Positions 17,612 through 25,546 of a DNA stretch of 32,000 bases are shown here, one piece after another. The stretch lies in NCBI RefSeq assembly GCF_018336915.1, contig NZ_CP064923.1, positions 3,300,001 to 3,332,000 on the forward strand, in the 5' to 3' direction. This stretch comes from Acaryochloris marina S15 (GTDB taxonomy: Bacteria; Cyanobacteriota; Cyanobacteriia; Thermosynechococcales; Thermosynechococcaceae). Numbering within the stretch: the first letter of the stretch is position 1; the number at the start of each line of letters is the position of its first letter. The translations under genes were made by a program, and so were the position numbers. The notes under the pieces were generated by a model that was not told the origin of the DNA, ran no database searches, and saw only the letters and a list, made by a program, of their open reading frames with translations.

Positions 17612-18443
17612 TTTCAGTCGCACCTGGTGGGGCCAACGATTTCTGACGGCAATTGAGCAGATTACCGATCCGGGACGCTTGGGGCGAGGGCGATCCTATG
17701 CTCGGGGGAACAAGGTCAAGAGCTTCATCATTAAGGATGGGTTAGTGAAGGCTGAAGTTCGAGGCTCGGTGAACCCCTATTTCGGGGTGTATAAAGAGCC
17801 GTTGTATAAGACCAGCATTGAATTTGAGTCAATTAGCAAAGCCAATTGGGCTGCTGCGATCGCATTTATCGCATCCAAAGCCAGTCTGATCTCAAAGCTG
17901 ATGCTAAACGAAATGCCCGACAACATTGAAGATGCCTTTGCCAAGCTGGATTTGAACCTTCTGCCCCACCGTGACTCTAACTTCACCACTCAATGTTCTT
18001 GCCCCGACTGGAGTAATCCCTGCAAACATATTGCCGGCGTCTATTACCTCTTAGCTGCTGAACTCGACCAAGACCCATTTTTACTGTTTGAGCTGCGGGG
18101 TTTATCTCGGGAAAACTTGCAAAAGGAATTGGCTAAATCTCCCCTGGGTCAAGCGTTATCCGCTGAGCTAACAGCCCAGCAAACAGAACCAGAACCTGAC
18201 ACAAGCTATTACACCCAACCCCTCACCACATCTGCACCCGAGATCGAACAGCTCAAAGACTTCTGGCAAGGAGACAAGCGACTCCCCCAAACCATTAATG
18301 CCCCACCGACAACGGGGGTCTCTGGAATTTTGGTTAAAACTCAAGGCGATTTTCCAGCCTTTTGGCCAAAGGAGCAATCTTTCTTAGCCGTCATGGACGA
18401 ATTCTATGATCGAGTTAGGGATAAGAGTTCAGCAGTTACTTAG
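17604..18443 (+). CDS. SWIM zinc-finger protein (COG4279-like, the family usually partnered with SNF2 helicases)
   Basis: SWIM CxCxnCxH signature CSCPDWSNPCKH followed by IAGVYYLLA. The N-terminal WWGQRFL...GRLGRGRSYARGNKV block is typical of stand-alone bacterial SWIM proteins. Confidence 0.85.
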   Translation: MANFSRTWWGQRFLTAIEQITDPGRLGRGRSYARGNKVKSFIIKDGLVKAEVRGSVNPYFGVYKEPLYKTSIEFESISKANWAAAIAFIASKASLISKLMLNEMPDNIEDAFAKLDLNLLPHRDSNFTTQCSCPDWSNPCKHIAGVYYLLAAELDQDPFLLFELRGLSRENLQKELAKSPLGQALSAELTAQQTEPEPDTSYYTQPLTTSAPEIEQLKDFWQGDKRLPQTINAPPTTGVSGILVKTQGDFPAFWPKEQSFLAVMDEFYDRVRDKSSAVT

Positions 18444-18511
18444 GATGGGTCCACAGCACCGATTCCCCTCAATGCGTCCAGTGATTCGATACGACCGTAT
18501 TCACTATGAGC

Positions 18512-19921
18512 CTAAGCACTTATTTTGGACAATTCCAATGTGCTCCATTCTGGTTCTAATAAATGGACTAAAAGCAGATCCACAACTTGTTGAGCTGAGT
18601 TGTAACAATCCTCATGTAGGCCCGTTCCCCAAGTCCACCCTCCAGTAAAGTAAATACTGTTTTGACCTTGCACTCCTCTACGATGTCTCCCCCACAACAG
18701 TTTCTGAGCTTTTAGAGATTCAGTATTCACCATATTGTGCTTAAAGTATGCCTGGGCAGGTGTGCCATCGGGTTGTTTGAGGACATACTCCTCTGGGATA
18801 GGAATAGCAGGATTGAGCGTCACAAAATATTCCATCTCATTTGCATCTTGATACAACCGATTATTGGCATCATTTTGGTGCCGATTGCAGACATAAGAAA
18901 TGGTATAGGGGCGCAGTTGTACATCACGCTGAATCAGTAAATTGTAAGTACGCCAATGATCTTTATTAGGTGGGAGCAAAGGGGCATATGTATGGGCAAC
19001 AGCCACGCTATTGCTGTAATTAAACTGGCTCAACACCCGTACCATGTCATTGGTAATACCTTGTTGGAGCAGCTGTAATGAAGTTGAGGCATGACAGGCC
19101 ATAATAGCGGCATCAAAATGCTCATATTCACTATGGTCAATCAGAACATTGACTCCGGATATACCTCCCAATACTTGAACACAGGCATTACAGACAATTG
19201 ATATACCTTGCTGAATCAGAGCATTTTGTAAAGCATCGATCCAAGTCTGGCATCCTCCTTCGATATATACTCGCTCTGGCGTATCACCACCAAAGCCTTC
19301 CTGTAAGCAGTAGTGGTTCATAATCGCGACAAACGACATCGTAGAGGGTGCCGTATCGTTGACGAAATACATGCCGTTAATACGAGGGTAGAGATTGTAC
19401 TCAACAAATTCCACCGGATAAAAATCACGATCGTGGTCGTGATTCTTTTCATTGCGATACTGAATATACTCCGCGATCGTGAATTCAGCGAATTGCGGAT
19501 CTTGGCAATCCAATGGTGCTTGCCGACTAAAGTTGTCAAAGCCTTTCTGTACAGCAGCAGGCATAGTTGTAAAAGATCTAGTTCCCGCTCTATATCCAGG
19601 CTCAATTACATAAGAAATAGAACCATCTAAAGTGCTAAATGCCGCTGAGTTCTCCAGGGGTTTATAGGGCACCTTTAGCTCTTTTAACAGAGCCAGAATA
19701 TTTTTGTAAGTGGCAATATTAAAGTCGTTCACGCCTAGATCAGCCCAACGCAAGCCAGATGAGTGACGGGAGCTGCCAACATTTAATTGCGCCGTATGAA
19801 CATTACCTCCTACTTGAGTATCTTTCTCAAAAATAGTAATAGAGGCATCAGGTCTTTTTTTCTTGAGAAGGTAAGCAGCCAATAAACCTGAAATTCCTGC
19901 CCCAACAATTGCAATTTTCAT
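18512..19921 (-). CDS. NAD(P)/FAD-dependent oxidoreductase (amine-oxidase-like, COG2907-type)
   Basis: N-terminal Rossmann dinucleotide motif MKIAIVGAGISGLLAAY...FEK...GG. The C-terminal FTGGWTWGTGLHEDCYNSA block resembles the conserved GFHEDG tail of COG2907 flavoproteins. The gene and its upstream region are visibly A+T-rich. Confidence 0.8.
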   Translation of the reverse strand: MKIAIVGAGISGLLAAYLLKKKRPDASITIFEKDTQVGGNVHTAQLNVGSSRHSSGLRWADLGVNDFNIATYKNILALLKELKVPYKPLENSAAFSTLDGSISYVIEPGYRAGTRSFTTMPAAVQKGFDNFSRQAPLDCQDPQFAEFTIAEYIQYRNEKNHDHDRDFYPVEFVEYNLYPRINGMYFVNDTAPSTMSFVAIMNHYCLQEGFGGDTPERVYIEGGCQTWIDALQNALIQQGISIVCNACVQVLGGISGVNVLIDHSEYEHFDAAIMACHASTSLQLLQQGITNDMVRVLSQFNYSNSVAVAHTYAPLLPPNKDHWRTYNLLIQRDVQLRPYTISYVCNRHQNDANNRLYQDANEMEYFVTLNPAIPIPEEYVLKQPDGTPAQAYFKHNMVNTESLKAQKLLWGRHRRGVQGQNSIYFTGGWTWGTGLHEDCYNSAQQVVDLLLVHLLEPEWSTLELSKISA

Positions 19922-20358
19922 CTCTCACAAAGCTCCGTTAGTATTCATTAGTGAGAGGAATCACTTGCTACTCATAAGGTTCATCCCCTTGGGTCTTCCT
20001 GACATAATGCCCTGTTCATTCAGCGAACTAACACTCCCGACCTGCCATTCTTATTGTCATTTTTGGCAACAAAAACCAACCCTATAGATGCTCAAATATT
20101 TCTCATAACTGACAATCAAATCAAGACACTTAAAATAACAGTTGATTAATACTTTCAAAAATATTCTTACTAATGCTTTTAACCACCAATCTCTAAATAC
20201 AAAAAACAGGTGAATCAAGTTATTCCACAATTAAATGCATTGAATTTATGATCAAGAGTAAATTTTTATCCTAGATTCTTCTATCGAATATCACCCTAAA
20301 TACGAGACCATTTTTATTCGTATTAGTGAAGAGCGATCAGGTGACTGTCTTCCTAGAT

Positions 20359-20400
20359 TTAAATTCGCAACCTTTCTGGTTAAATTCGCAACCTTTCTGG
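20359..20400. repeat. Perfect 21-bp tandem direct repeat (TTAAATTCGCAACCTTTCTGG x2) spanning the stop codon of the ABC ATPase gene
   Basis: Copy 1 is 20359-20379 and copy 2 is 20380-20400, identical by direct reading. Copy 2 encodes the last six codons plus stop (PERLRI*) of the minus-strand gene. Copy 1 is the same 21 nt immediately downstream of the stop. Confidence 0.95.
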
Positions 20401-21336
20401 ATCTTGCCAAACCGATTGAATATGGTTTAAGTCCAAAATACCAATCACAGCATCCCCTTCCATTACTTGTAACTGAGGCTGTTTTGACTTCAGTAGTATG
20501 GATAATGCTTGTCGTAGAGAACTGTGACTACCAATTTTAGGTAAGTGTTTAACAACACATGCAGTTGACTCCATAACACTTTGGACGGTTAGAACGGATA
20601 GCTGTTTCAGTGCATCTTGAGTGCCTACTAATTTCTCGACAAAAGTAGAGGAAGGTTGGGTTAGAATTTGCCACGGTGTCCCGTATTGGACCAAATGTCC
20701 CTGATTAAGAATCAGAATTCGATCTGCTAATCGTAAGGCCTCTTCAATATCATGGGAGACGAACAGAATCGTTTTCTGAAATTGTTGCTGTAGCTGCTGC
20801 AGTTCGGCCTGCAGAGATTTACGGGTAATAGCATCCAAAGCCCCAAAGGGTTCATCCATCAGTAACACTTCTGGCTTGGCTGCCAAAGCTCGGGCTAACC
20901 CTACTCGTTGCTGTTGTCCGCCAGAAAGTTGGCTGGGGTAACGCTTGCCAAAATCTAGGGGAAGTTGAACGAGTTCCAATAATTCTTCTACCCGAGCAGC
21001 AATCTCAGTTTTGGGCCACCCCAATAATTTAGGAACCACCGCAATATTTTGGGCAATGGTCATATGGGGAAATAATCCCGCTTGTTGAATGACATATCCC
21101 ATTTGGCGACGAAGAGTCGTTAAGGAAATGGTGTGAATGTTTGTGCTATTGAAGAAGATCTGTCCTGATGTTGGCTCATATAAACGATTAACAAGCTTTA
21201 GCAGCGTGGTTTTACCACAGCCCGATGGTCCCAAAAGCACCACCAATTCTCCGGCCTTGACTTCAAAGGTGCAATTGCGCAGTGTTGGCTCTGGCACACC
21301 TGGGAATTGCAAACTTACCTGTTCAAAGTGCAGCAT
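20380..21336 (-). CDS. ABC transporter ATP-binding protein, osmoprotectant (OpuCA/ProV-like) type with a C-terminal CBS-like region
   Basis: Walker [11 protein letters not shown]-loop, signature [15 protein letters not shown], Walker [12 protein letters not shown] and H-loop SHD. The N-terminal block and FVEKLVG linker are typical of Opu/ProV ATPases, followed by a CBS-like tail. Confidence 0.9.
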   Translation of the reverse strand: MLHFEQVSLQFPGVPEPTLRNCTFEVKAGELVVLLGPSGCGKTTLLKLVNRLYEPTSGQIFFNSTNIHTISLTTLRRQMGYVIQQAGLFPHMTIAQNIAVVPKLLGWPKTEIAARVEELLELVQLPLDFGKRYPSQLSGGQQQRVGLARALAAKPEVLLMDEPFGALDAITRKSLQAELQQLQQQFQKTILFVSHDIEEALRLADRILILNQGHLVQYGTPWQILTQPSSTFVEKLVGTQDALKQLSVLTVQSVMESTACVVKHLPKIGSHSSLRQALSILLKSKQPQLQVMEGDAVIGILDLNHIQSVWQDPERLRI

Positions 21337-21904
21337 ATTCTTGAAGGCTTTTCAGGAACGATCTATTACACAGGGCATTCACGGAAGAATTTATTGATGT
21401 ATTGTCTCTGCCGTCAGTTTGAAGGTAAGTCATCAATACTGAGTCATCTCCAACCAATTTTTCAGGAAAATTCTCGAGCAGCACCCACTTTTCTCCAGAG
21501 TGATGAACAGTCTACCCCAGACCTCTCTGTCAAGACAGTCATATGGTTTTGAATCCTTGGCTGGAGTTCGTTAGTCATAAGCCTTCTAATAAGTCATTGT
21601 CAGAATCAGAAGCGAACTATATAAACTGGTGGCAAATACTCAGAGACGGATCCTGACCAGCTCAAGGAAATTTGCACTTATCCATACAGGAGGTATGGTA
21701 CATTGCCTCCCTGTCGTATCAACTGTCCAACCTGTCATCTACCAATTTGCGAACACTTTTTTCGGCTCATCCTCAACGCTGTGGTCAATATCTATGGCCG
21801 CAAGATAAGAACCATGACATTGTCGAGGGCAATGACTATCAGCGGTAGAACGATTGAGGTATAGTTTGTACTGCAGGTAAAGGGTTAGCACCGGAGAAAA
21901 AACA

Positions 21905-22216
21905 ATGCCAGTTGCCGTTGGAATGATTGAAACCTATGGATATCCTGCTGTTTTGGCAGCAGCAGATGCCATGGTCAAAGCCGGTCGTGTTGCCCTGATG
22001 GGTTACACAAGCTGTGCCAGCGGTCGCTATGTTGTCTCCATTCGTGGGCCAGTGGGAGAAGTGAAACAGGCTATGGCGGCAGGTATTGCTTCTGTTGAGA
22101 ATATGCCGGGTTCAGCAAAAATTGAATCCCACTATCTAGTCCCTAATCCCCCAGAAAATATCGATTCAGTGTTGCCTATTGGTTACAACGATCGCTCAGA
22201 ACCGTTTCGAACTTAA
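21905..22216 (+). CDS. ccmK3: Carboxysome shell protein, BMC-H domain (CcmK3-like)
   Basis: BMC-H signature AVGMIETYGYPAVLAAADAMVKAGRV...IRGPVGEV...A. The paralog assignment rests on the IRGPV.EV variant and on position upstream of a CcmK4-like gene, as in the known satellite ccmK3-ccmK4 locus. Confidence 0.8.
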   Translation: MPVAVGMIETYGYPAVLAAADAMVKAGRVALMGYTSCASGRYVVSIRGPVGEVKQAMAAGIASVENMPGSAKIESHYLVPNPPENIDSVLPIGYNDRSEPFRT

Positions 22217-22223
22217 ACGGTTC
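22199..22223 (+). promoter_or_regulatory. Perfect 9-bp-stem hairpin (GAACCGTTT-cgaactt-AAACGGTTC) covering the ccmK3 stop codon
   Basis: Read directly from the sequence. Arm 1 is 22199-22207, the loop 22208-22214 and arm 2 22215-22223. The ccmK3 TAA is at 22214-22216. No U-run follows directly, so it is not a canonical terminator. Confidence 0.5.
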
Positions 22224-22280
22224 GTCCATCGATTCATTACCTTCTTTATTACATCCGTATTCTTTTTGAGGAAATTTGGA

Positions 22281-22607
22281 ATGCCACAGGCAGTTGGGTC
22301 ACTGGAAACTAAAGGATTCCCCCCCGTATTGGCGGCAGCAGATGCCATGGTCAAAGCAGGGCGAGTGACCTTAGTCGGTTATATTCGGGCGGGAAGCGCT
22401 CGGTTTACGATCAATATTCGCGGGGATGTATCTGAGGTCAAAATGGCCATGGATGCTGGTGTGGCAGCTGCAGAAAAAACACCCGGTGGTGTTTTAGAGA
22501 CTTGGGTGATTATTCCCCGTCCCCATGAAAATGTAGAAGCAGTCATGGATATCGAATTCGGCGACGAAGTAGAAGAATTTCGCCGTGCAGTTGAAGGGAT
22601 AGCCTAA
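22281..22607 (+). CDS. ccmK4: Carboxysome shell protein, BMC-H domain (CcmK4-like)
   Basis: MPQAVGSLETKGFPPVLAAADAMVKAGRVTLVGY...IRGDVSEVK..A. The ATG at 22281 is preceded by GAGGAAA. The track ORF's upstream extension (from 22179) overlaps ccmK3 and has no BMC homology. Confidence 0.8.
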   Translation: MPQAVGSLETKGFPPVLAAADAMVKAGRVTLVGYIRAGSARFTINIRGDVSEVKMAMDAGVAAAEKTPGGVLETWVIIPRPHENVEAVMDIEFGDEVEEFRRAVEGIA

Positions 22608-22611
22608 GTCT

Positions 22612-22638
22612 TGGGGGGATAAGTTTTCCCCTCATTTT
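22612..22638 (+). terminator. Candidate intrinsic terminator after ccmK4
   Basis: TGGGGGG-ataagtttt-CCCCTCA forms a 7-bp stem with one G-U pair, followed by TTTT (22635-22638). It sits between convergent genes and overlaps the EamA stop codon. Confidence 0.45.
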
Positions 22639-23510
22639 CAAGAGTTTTTAGGTGTAAACAGATCATTTGCGATCGCAGTTCCTAACAACACCAATCCACA
22701 TCCGATCACCATCGATATCGTCACGATTTCTCGCAACACTAATGCCCCCCAAAGCATAGCAAACAAGGGAATGAGATAGGCGACGGTCAAAGTCTTGCTA
22801 GGCCCCATGGCTTTGATCAAGTGGTAATAGAGCATCTGAGCCAGAACTGAAGAAAGGAGCGCCAAAGCTAAGACGGAAAGTAAAGCTTTGGGCGAAGGGA
22901 GCTGGCTAGGAATTGAAAAGGGAAGCAACGGTACAAGGATCACCGCCGCACTGAGTTGACTCCCCGTCGTCACTACTAAAGCAGACACATCCGCAAACTG
23001 CTGCTGAATATAGGGGGCAGAAATAGCGTATAGCAAAGCAGCCAAAAGTCCTGCAGCAATCGCGATGCCCTGATTGAGGGTCAGTGGAATATCCTGCCAA
23101 CCCACTAATAGCACTACTCCCAAAAAACCAATCGCAAATCCGATCAAGCGTGGACCGGAGAGCGCTTCCTGGAGCCACAGCACCACAATCCATAAGCCAA
23201 ATAATGGGGTAGTGGCATTCAAAATAGCCGTAAACCCAGCAGATAAGAATAAAGAAGCATAGGCTAACAGGCAGAACGGCAAGGCCGCATTCAAAATACC
23301 CAGCAGCATCAAAGCTCGCCAATGTCGCTGAATCTGAGGCCATAAGTCTAATTTGAGCACCACCGGCAGTAAGGTCAGACTGGCGATCAAAACTCGCAGT
23401 TCAATCAACCAAATCGGTCCCCATTCAGGCGCTGCAATCCGAGTAAACAGAAATGAACTACCCCAGATAGCGGCTAACAGCAGCAGTTTAAGAAAATTTT
23501 GAAGGGACAA
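22638..23510 (-). CDS. EamA/DMT-superfamily transporter
   Basis: About ten predicted TM helices arranged as two EamA-like halves (LLLAAIWGSSFLF... and a second repeat). The only in-frame start near the N-terminus is a TTG at 23508-23510, directly abutting the fabH stop. Confidence 0.75.
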   Translation of the reverse strand: MSLQNFLKLLLLAAIWGSSFLFTRIAAPEWGPIWLIELRVLIASLTLLPVVLKLDLWPQIQRHWRALMLLGILNAALPFCLLAYASLFLSAGFTAILNATTPLFGLWIVVLWLQEALSGPRLIGFAIGFLGVVLLVGWQDIPLTLNQGIAIAAGLLAALLYAISAPYIQQQFADVSALVVTTGSQLSAAVILVPLLPFSIPSQLPSPKALLSVLALALLSSVLAQMLYYHLIKAMGPSKTLTVAYLIPLFAMLWGALVLREIVTISMVIGCGLVLLGTAIANDLFTPKNS

Positions 23511-24500
23511 CTAGCGCTGCCACTGAAAGATAGCGGCTCCCCAACTCAAGCCAGCCCCAAATCCAGAGGCAGCAATCGTATCACCGGGTTTGATATGGCC
23601 TTGGCGAACAGTCGCGTCCAGTGCCAATGGGATCGTGGCAGCAGAGGTATTGCCATAGTTGGCGATGTTACTAATCACCTTTTCCGCAGGAACCTTAAGG
23701 CGTTTGGCCACCGCATCTAGAATGCGCTGATTCGCCTGGTGCAAAAGTAGCCAGTCAATATCGTCTGTTGTCAGGTCAGATTGGAAGAGGGCTTTCTCAA
23801 CCACTTCAGGCACTCGATTGACTGCAAACCGATAGACTTCCTTACCATTCATGGAAATGGGTTGATATGTTCCTTGACTCACATTAATTCCCCCAGTCAA
23901 GGGACGAGCCTCGCCCTGATATTGGACATTGAGACAATCATGTAAACAGCCATCGCTGTGTAAAGCAAATCCAAGGAGACGATCGGTTTCATTGGCTTGT
24001 AGCACAACAGCCCCTGCCCCATCCCCAAAAAGGACGCAAGAGCGACGATCGGTCCAATCCACCCAACGAGAGAGCACATCAGCTCCAATTAGGAGGACAT
24101 TGCGGTAGACCCCCATGCGGATAAATTGGGCAGCCGTAATCATGCCAAACACAAACCCAGAGCAGGCGGCAGTGAGGTCAAAAGCAACTGCGTGCTTTGC
24201 ACCAAGTTCAGCCTGAATTTGACAAGCACTGCCAAACAAGTCATCAGGGGTTGAAGTGGCCAGCAAGATGAGATCAATATCGGTGGCCTCAACTTGGGCC
24301 ATGTCTAAGGCGTTTTGAGCTGCGATCGCACCTAGTTTCGCCAAGGTATCATCTGGACCCGCGAGATGCCGAGACCGGATGCCCGTACGACTGGCAATCC
24401 ACTCATCAGAGGTATCAACGATTTGGCTCAGACCATGATTATCCAGGGAAGTCTCAGGAGCAGTAGAGCCGCACCCAGTAACTGCCAATCCAGTGGCCAT
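23511..24500 (-). CDS. fabH: Beta-ketoacyl-ACP synthase III
   Basis: FabH blocks TSDEWIASRTGIRSRH, active-site context AACSGFVFG, LLHQANQRI and GNTSAATIPLAL. I chose the ATG at 24498-24500 (MATGLAVTGCGS), 11 nt after the plsX stop. The track ORF's extension overlaps plsX. Confidence 0.9.
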   Translation of the reverse strand: MATGLAVTGCGSTAPETSLDNHGLSQIVDTSDEWIASRTGIRSRHLAGPDDTLAKLGAIAAQNALDMAQVEATDIDLILLATSTPDDLFGSACQIQAELGAKHAVAFDLTAACSGFVFGMITAAQFIRMGVYRNVLLIGADVLSRWVDWTDRRSCVLFGDGAGAVVLQANETDRLLGFALHSDGCLHDCLNVQYQGEARPLTGGINVSQGTYQPISMNGKEVYRFAVNRVPEVVEKALFQSDLTTDDIDWLLLHQANQRILDAVAKRLKVPAEKVISNIANYGNTSAATIPLALDATVRQGHIKPGDTIAASGFGAGLSWGAAIFQWQR

Positions 24501-24511
24501 TTGCTGCACGT

Positions 24512-25546
24512 TTATTCTCCATTGGAGGCGGCTGTCACCGTCTGTTGATAACAAGACTGAATACGCTGGGATACCTGATTATCCGCAGCTTCTTTTGCCA
24601 ACCGAATGGCATTAAAGATGGAAGGAGCTTGGGAACTGCCGTGACTAATGATAGAGACACCAGCAACCCCTAAGAGTAATCCTCCACCATGCTCAGCATG
24701 GTCCATCCGCTGTTTAATCCGACGCAAATTGGGTTTTAAGATGCCTGTCCCCACCTTGCCGTGAATCCCTCTAGGAAGCTCTTCTCGCAAAATCTGGAGG
24801 GCAACTTCGCCAACGGCTTCTGCAAACTTAAGTAATACATTTCCCGTAAAGCCATCACAAACAATGACATCAAACTGGCCTGAGAGCACATCTCGCCCCT
24901 CAGCATTGCCAATAAAGTCAACGTGGGGATTCTGTTCTAACAATTGATAGGTTTGAACAGACACCTCATTGCCCTTACAGGATTCCTCACCAATATTAAG
25001 TAATCCGACTTTGGGCGCTTCTGTCCCTAAAACATACTCGCTATAGATGGTGCCCATGGTGGCAAACTGATCGAGGAAGGCAGGGCGACAATCTACATTG
25101 GCCCCGACATCAAGCACCAACACGGGCTTCCCAGCAATAATGGTGGGGAAAACACCGCCAATAGCAGGTCGATCAATCCCTGGGATTCGACCGAGGCGAA
25201 GCAAGGCGGCAGCCATTGCGGCTCCAGAATGGCCTGCAGAAACAACAGCATCAGCCTTTTTCTTTTTGACTAAATCCATCGCTACGTTGATCGAGGCTTT
25301 GCGCTTACGACGAAGAGCACTGATGGGCTCTTCATTCATCTCGATCAACCCTTCCGAAGGGATGATTTCAACGGGGACGGAATCAGAATGGCTTTTGATT
25401 GAAGCTTCAAGGCGGTCAGGATCACCGACGAGTAAAACATCTGCATCCAGTTCTGCTTGGGCTCTTAAGGCACCAGCAACAATCTCATCTGGGGCATGGT
25501 CGCCCCCCATGGCGTCAATGGCAATACGTGCGCGAGTGGCTCCCAT
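24512..25546 (-). CDS. plsX: Phosphate acyltransferase PlsX
   Basis: IAIDAMGGDHAP N-terminus, plus VSAGHSGA, DVGANVDC and GFTGNVLLK blocks characteristic of PlsX. It sits in the conserved plsX-fabH arrangement. Confidence 0.9.
   Translation of the reverse strand: MGATRARIAIDAMGGDHAPDEIVAGALRAQAELDADVLLVGDPDRLEASIKSHSDSVPVEIIPSEGLIEMNEEPISALRRKRKASINVAMDLVKKKKADAVVSAGHSGAAMAAALLRLGRIPGIDRPAIGGVFPTIIAGKPVLVLDVGANVDCRPAFLDQFATMGTIYSEYVLGTEAPKVGLLNIGEESCKGNEVSVQTYQLLEQNPHVDFIGNAEGRDVLSGQFDVIVCDGFTGNVLLKFAEAVGEVALQILREELPRGIHGKVGTGILKPNLRRIKQRMDHAEHGGGLLLGVAGVSIISHGSSQAPSIFNAIRLAKEAADNQVSQRIQSCYQQTVTAASNGE

Noticed and set aside
21695-21808. 37-aa ORF preceded by AGGAGG within the 568-bp leader upstream of ccmK3. 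I also considered whether this long leader hides a riboswitch or sRNA.
   Set aside because: The SD lies 1 nt from the ATG, which is too close. The peptide has no distinguishing features. I could not identify any conserved RNA motif by eye. The long leader remains unexplained, but I have no positive evidence.
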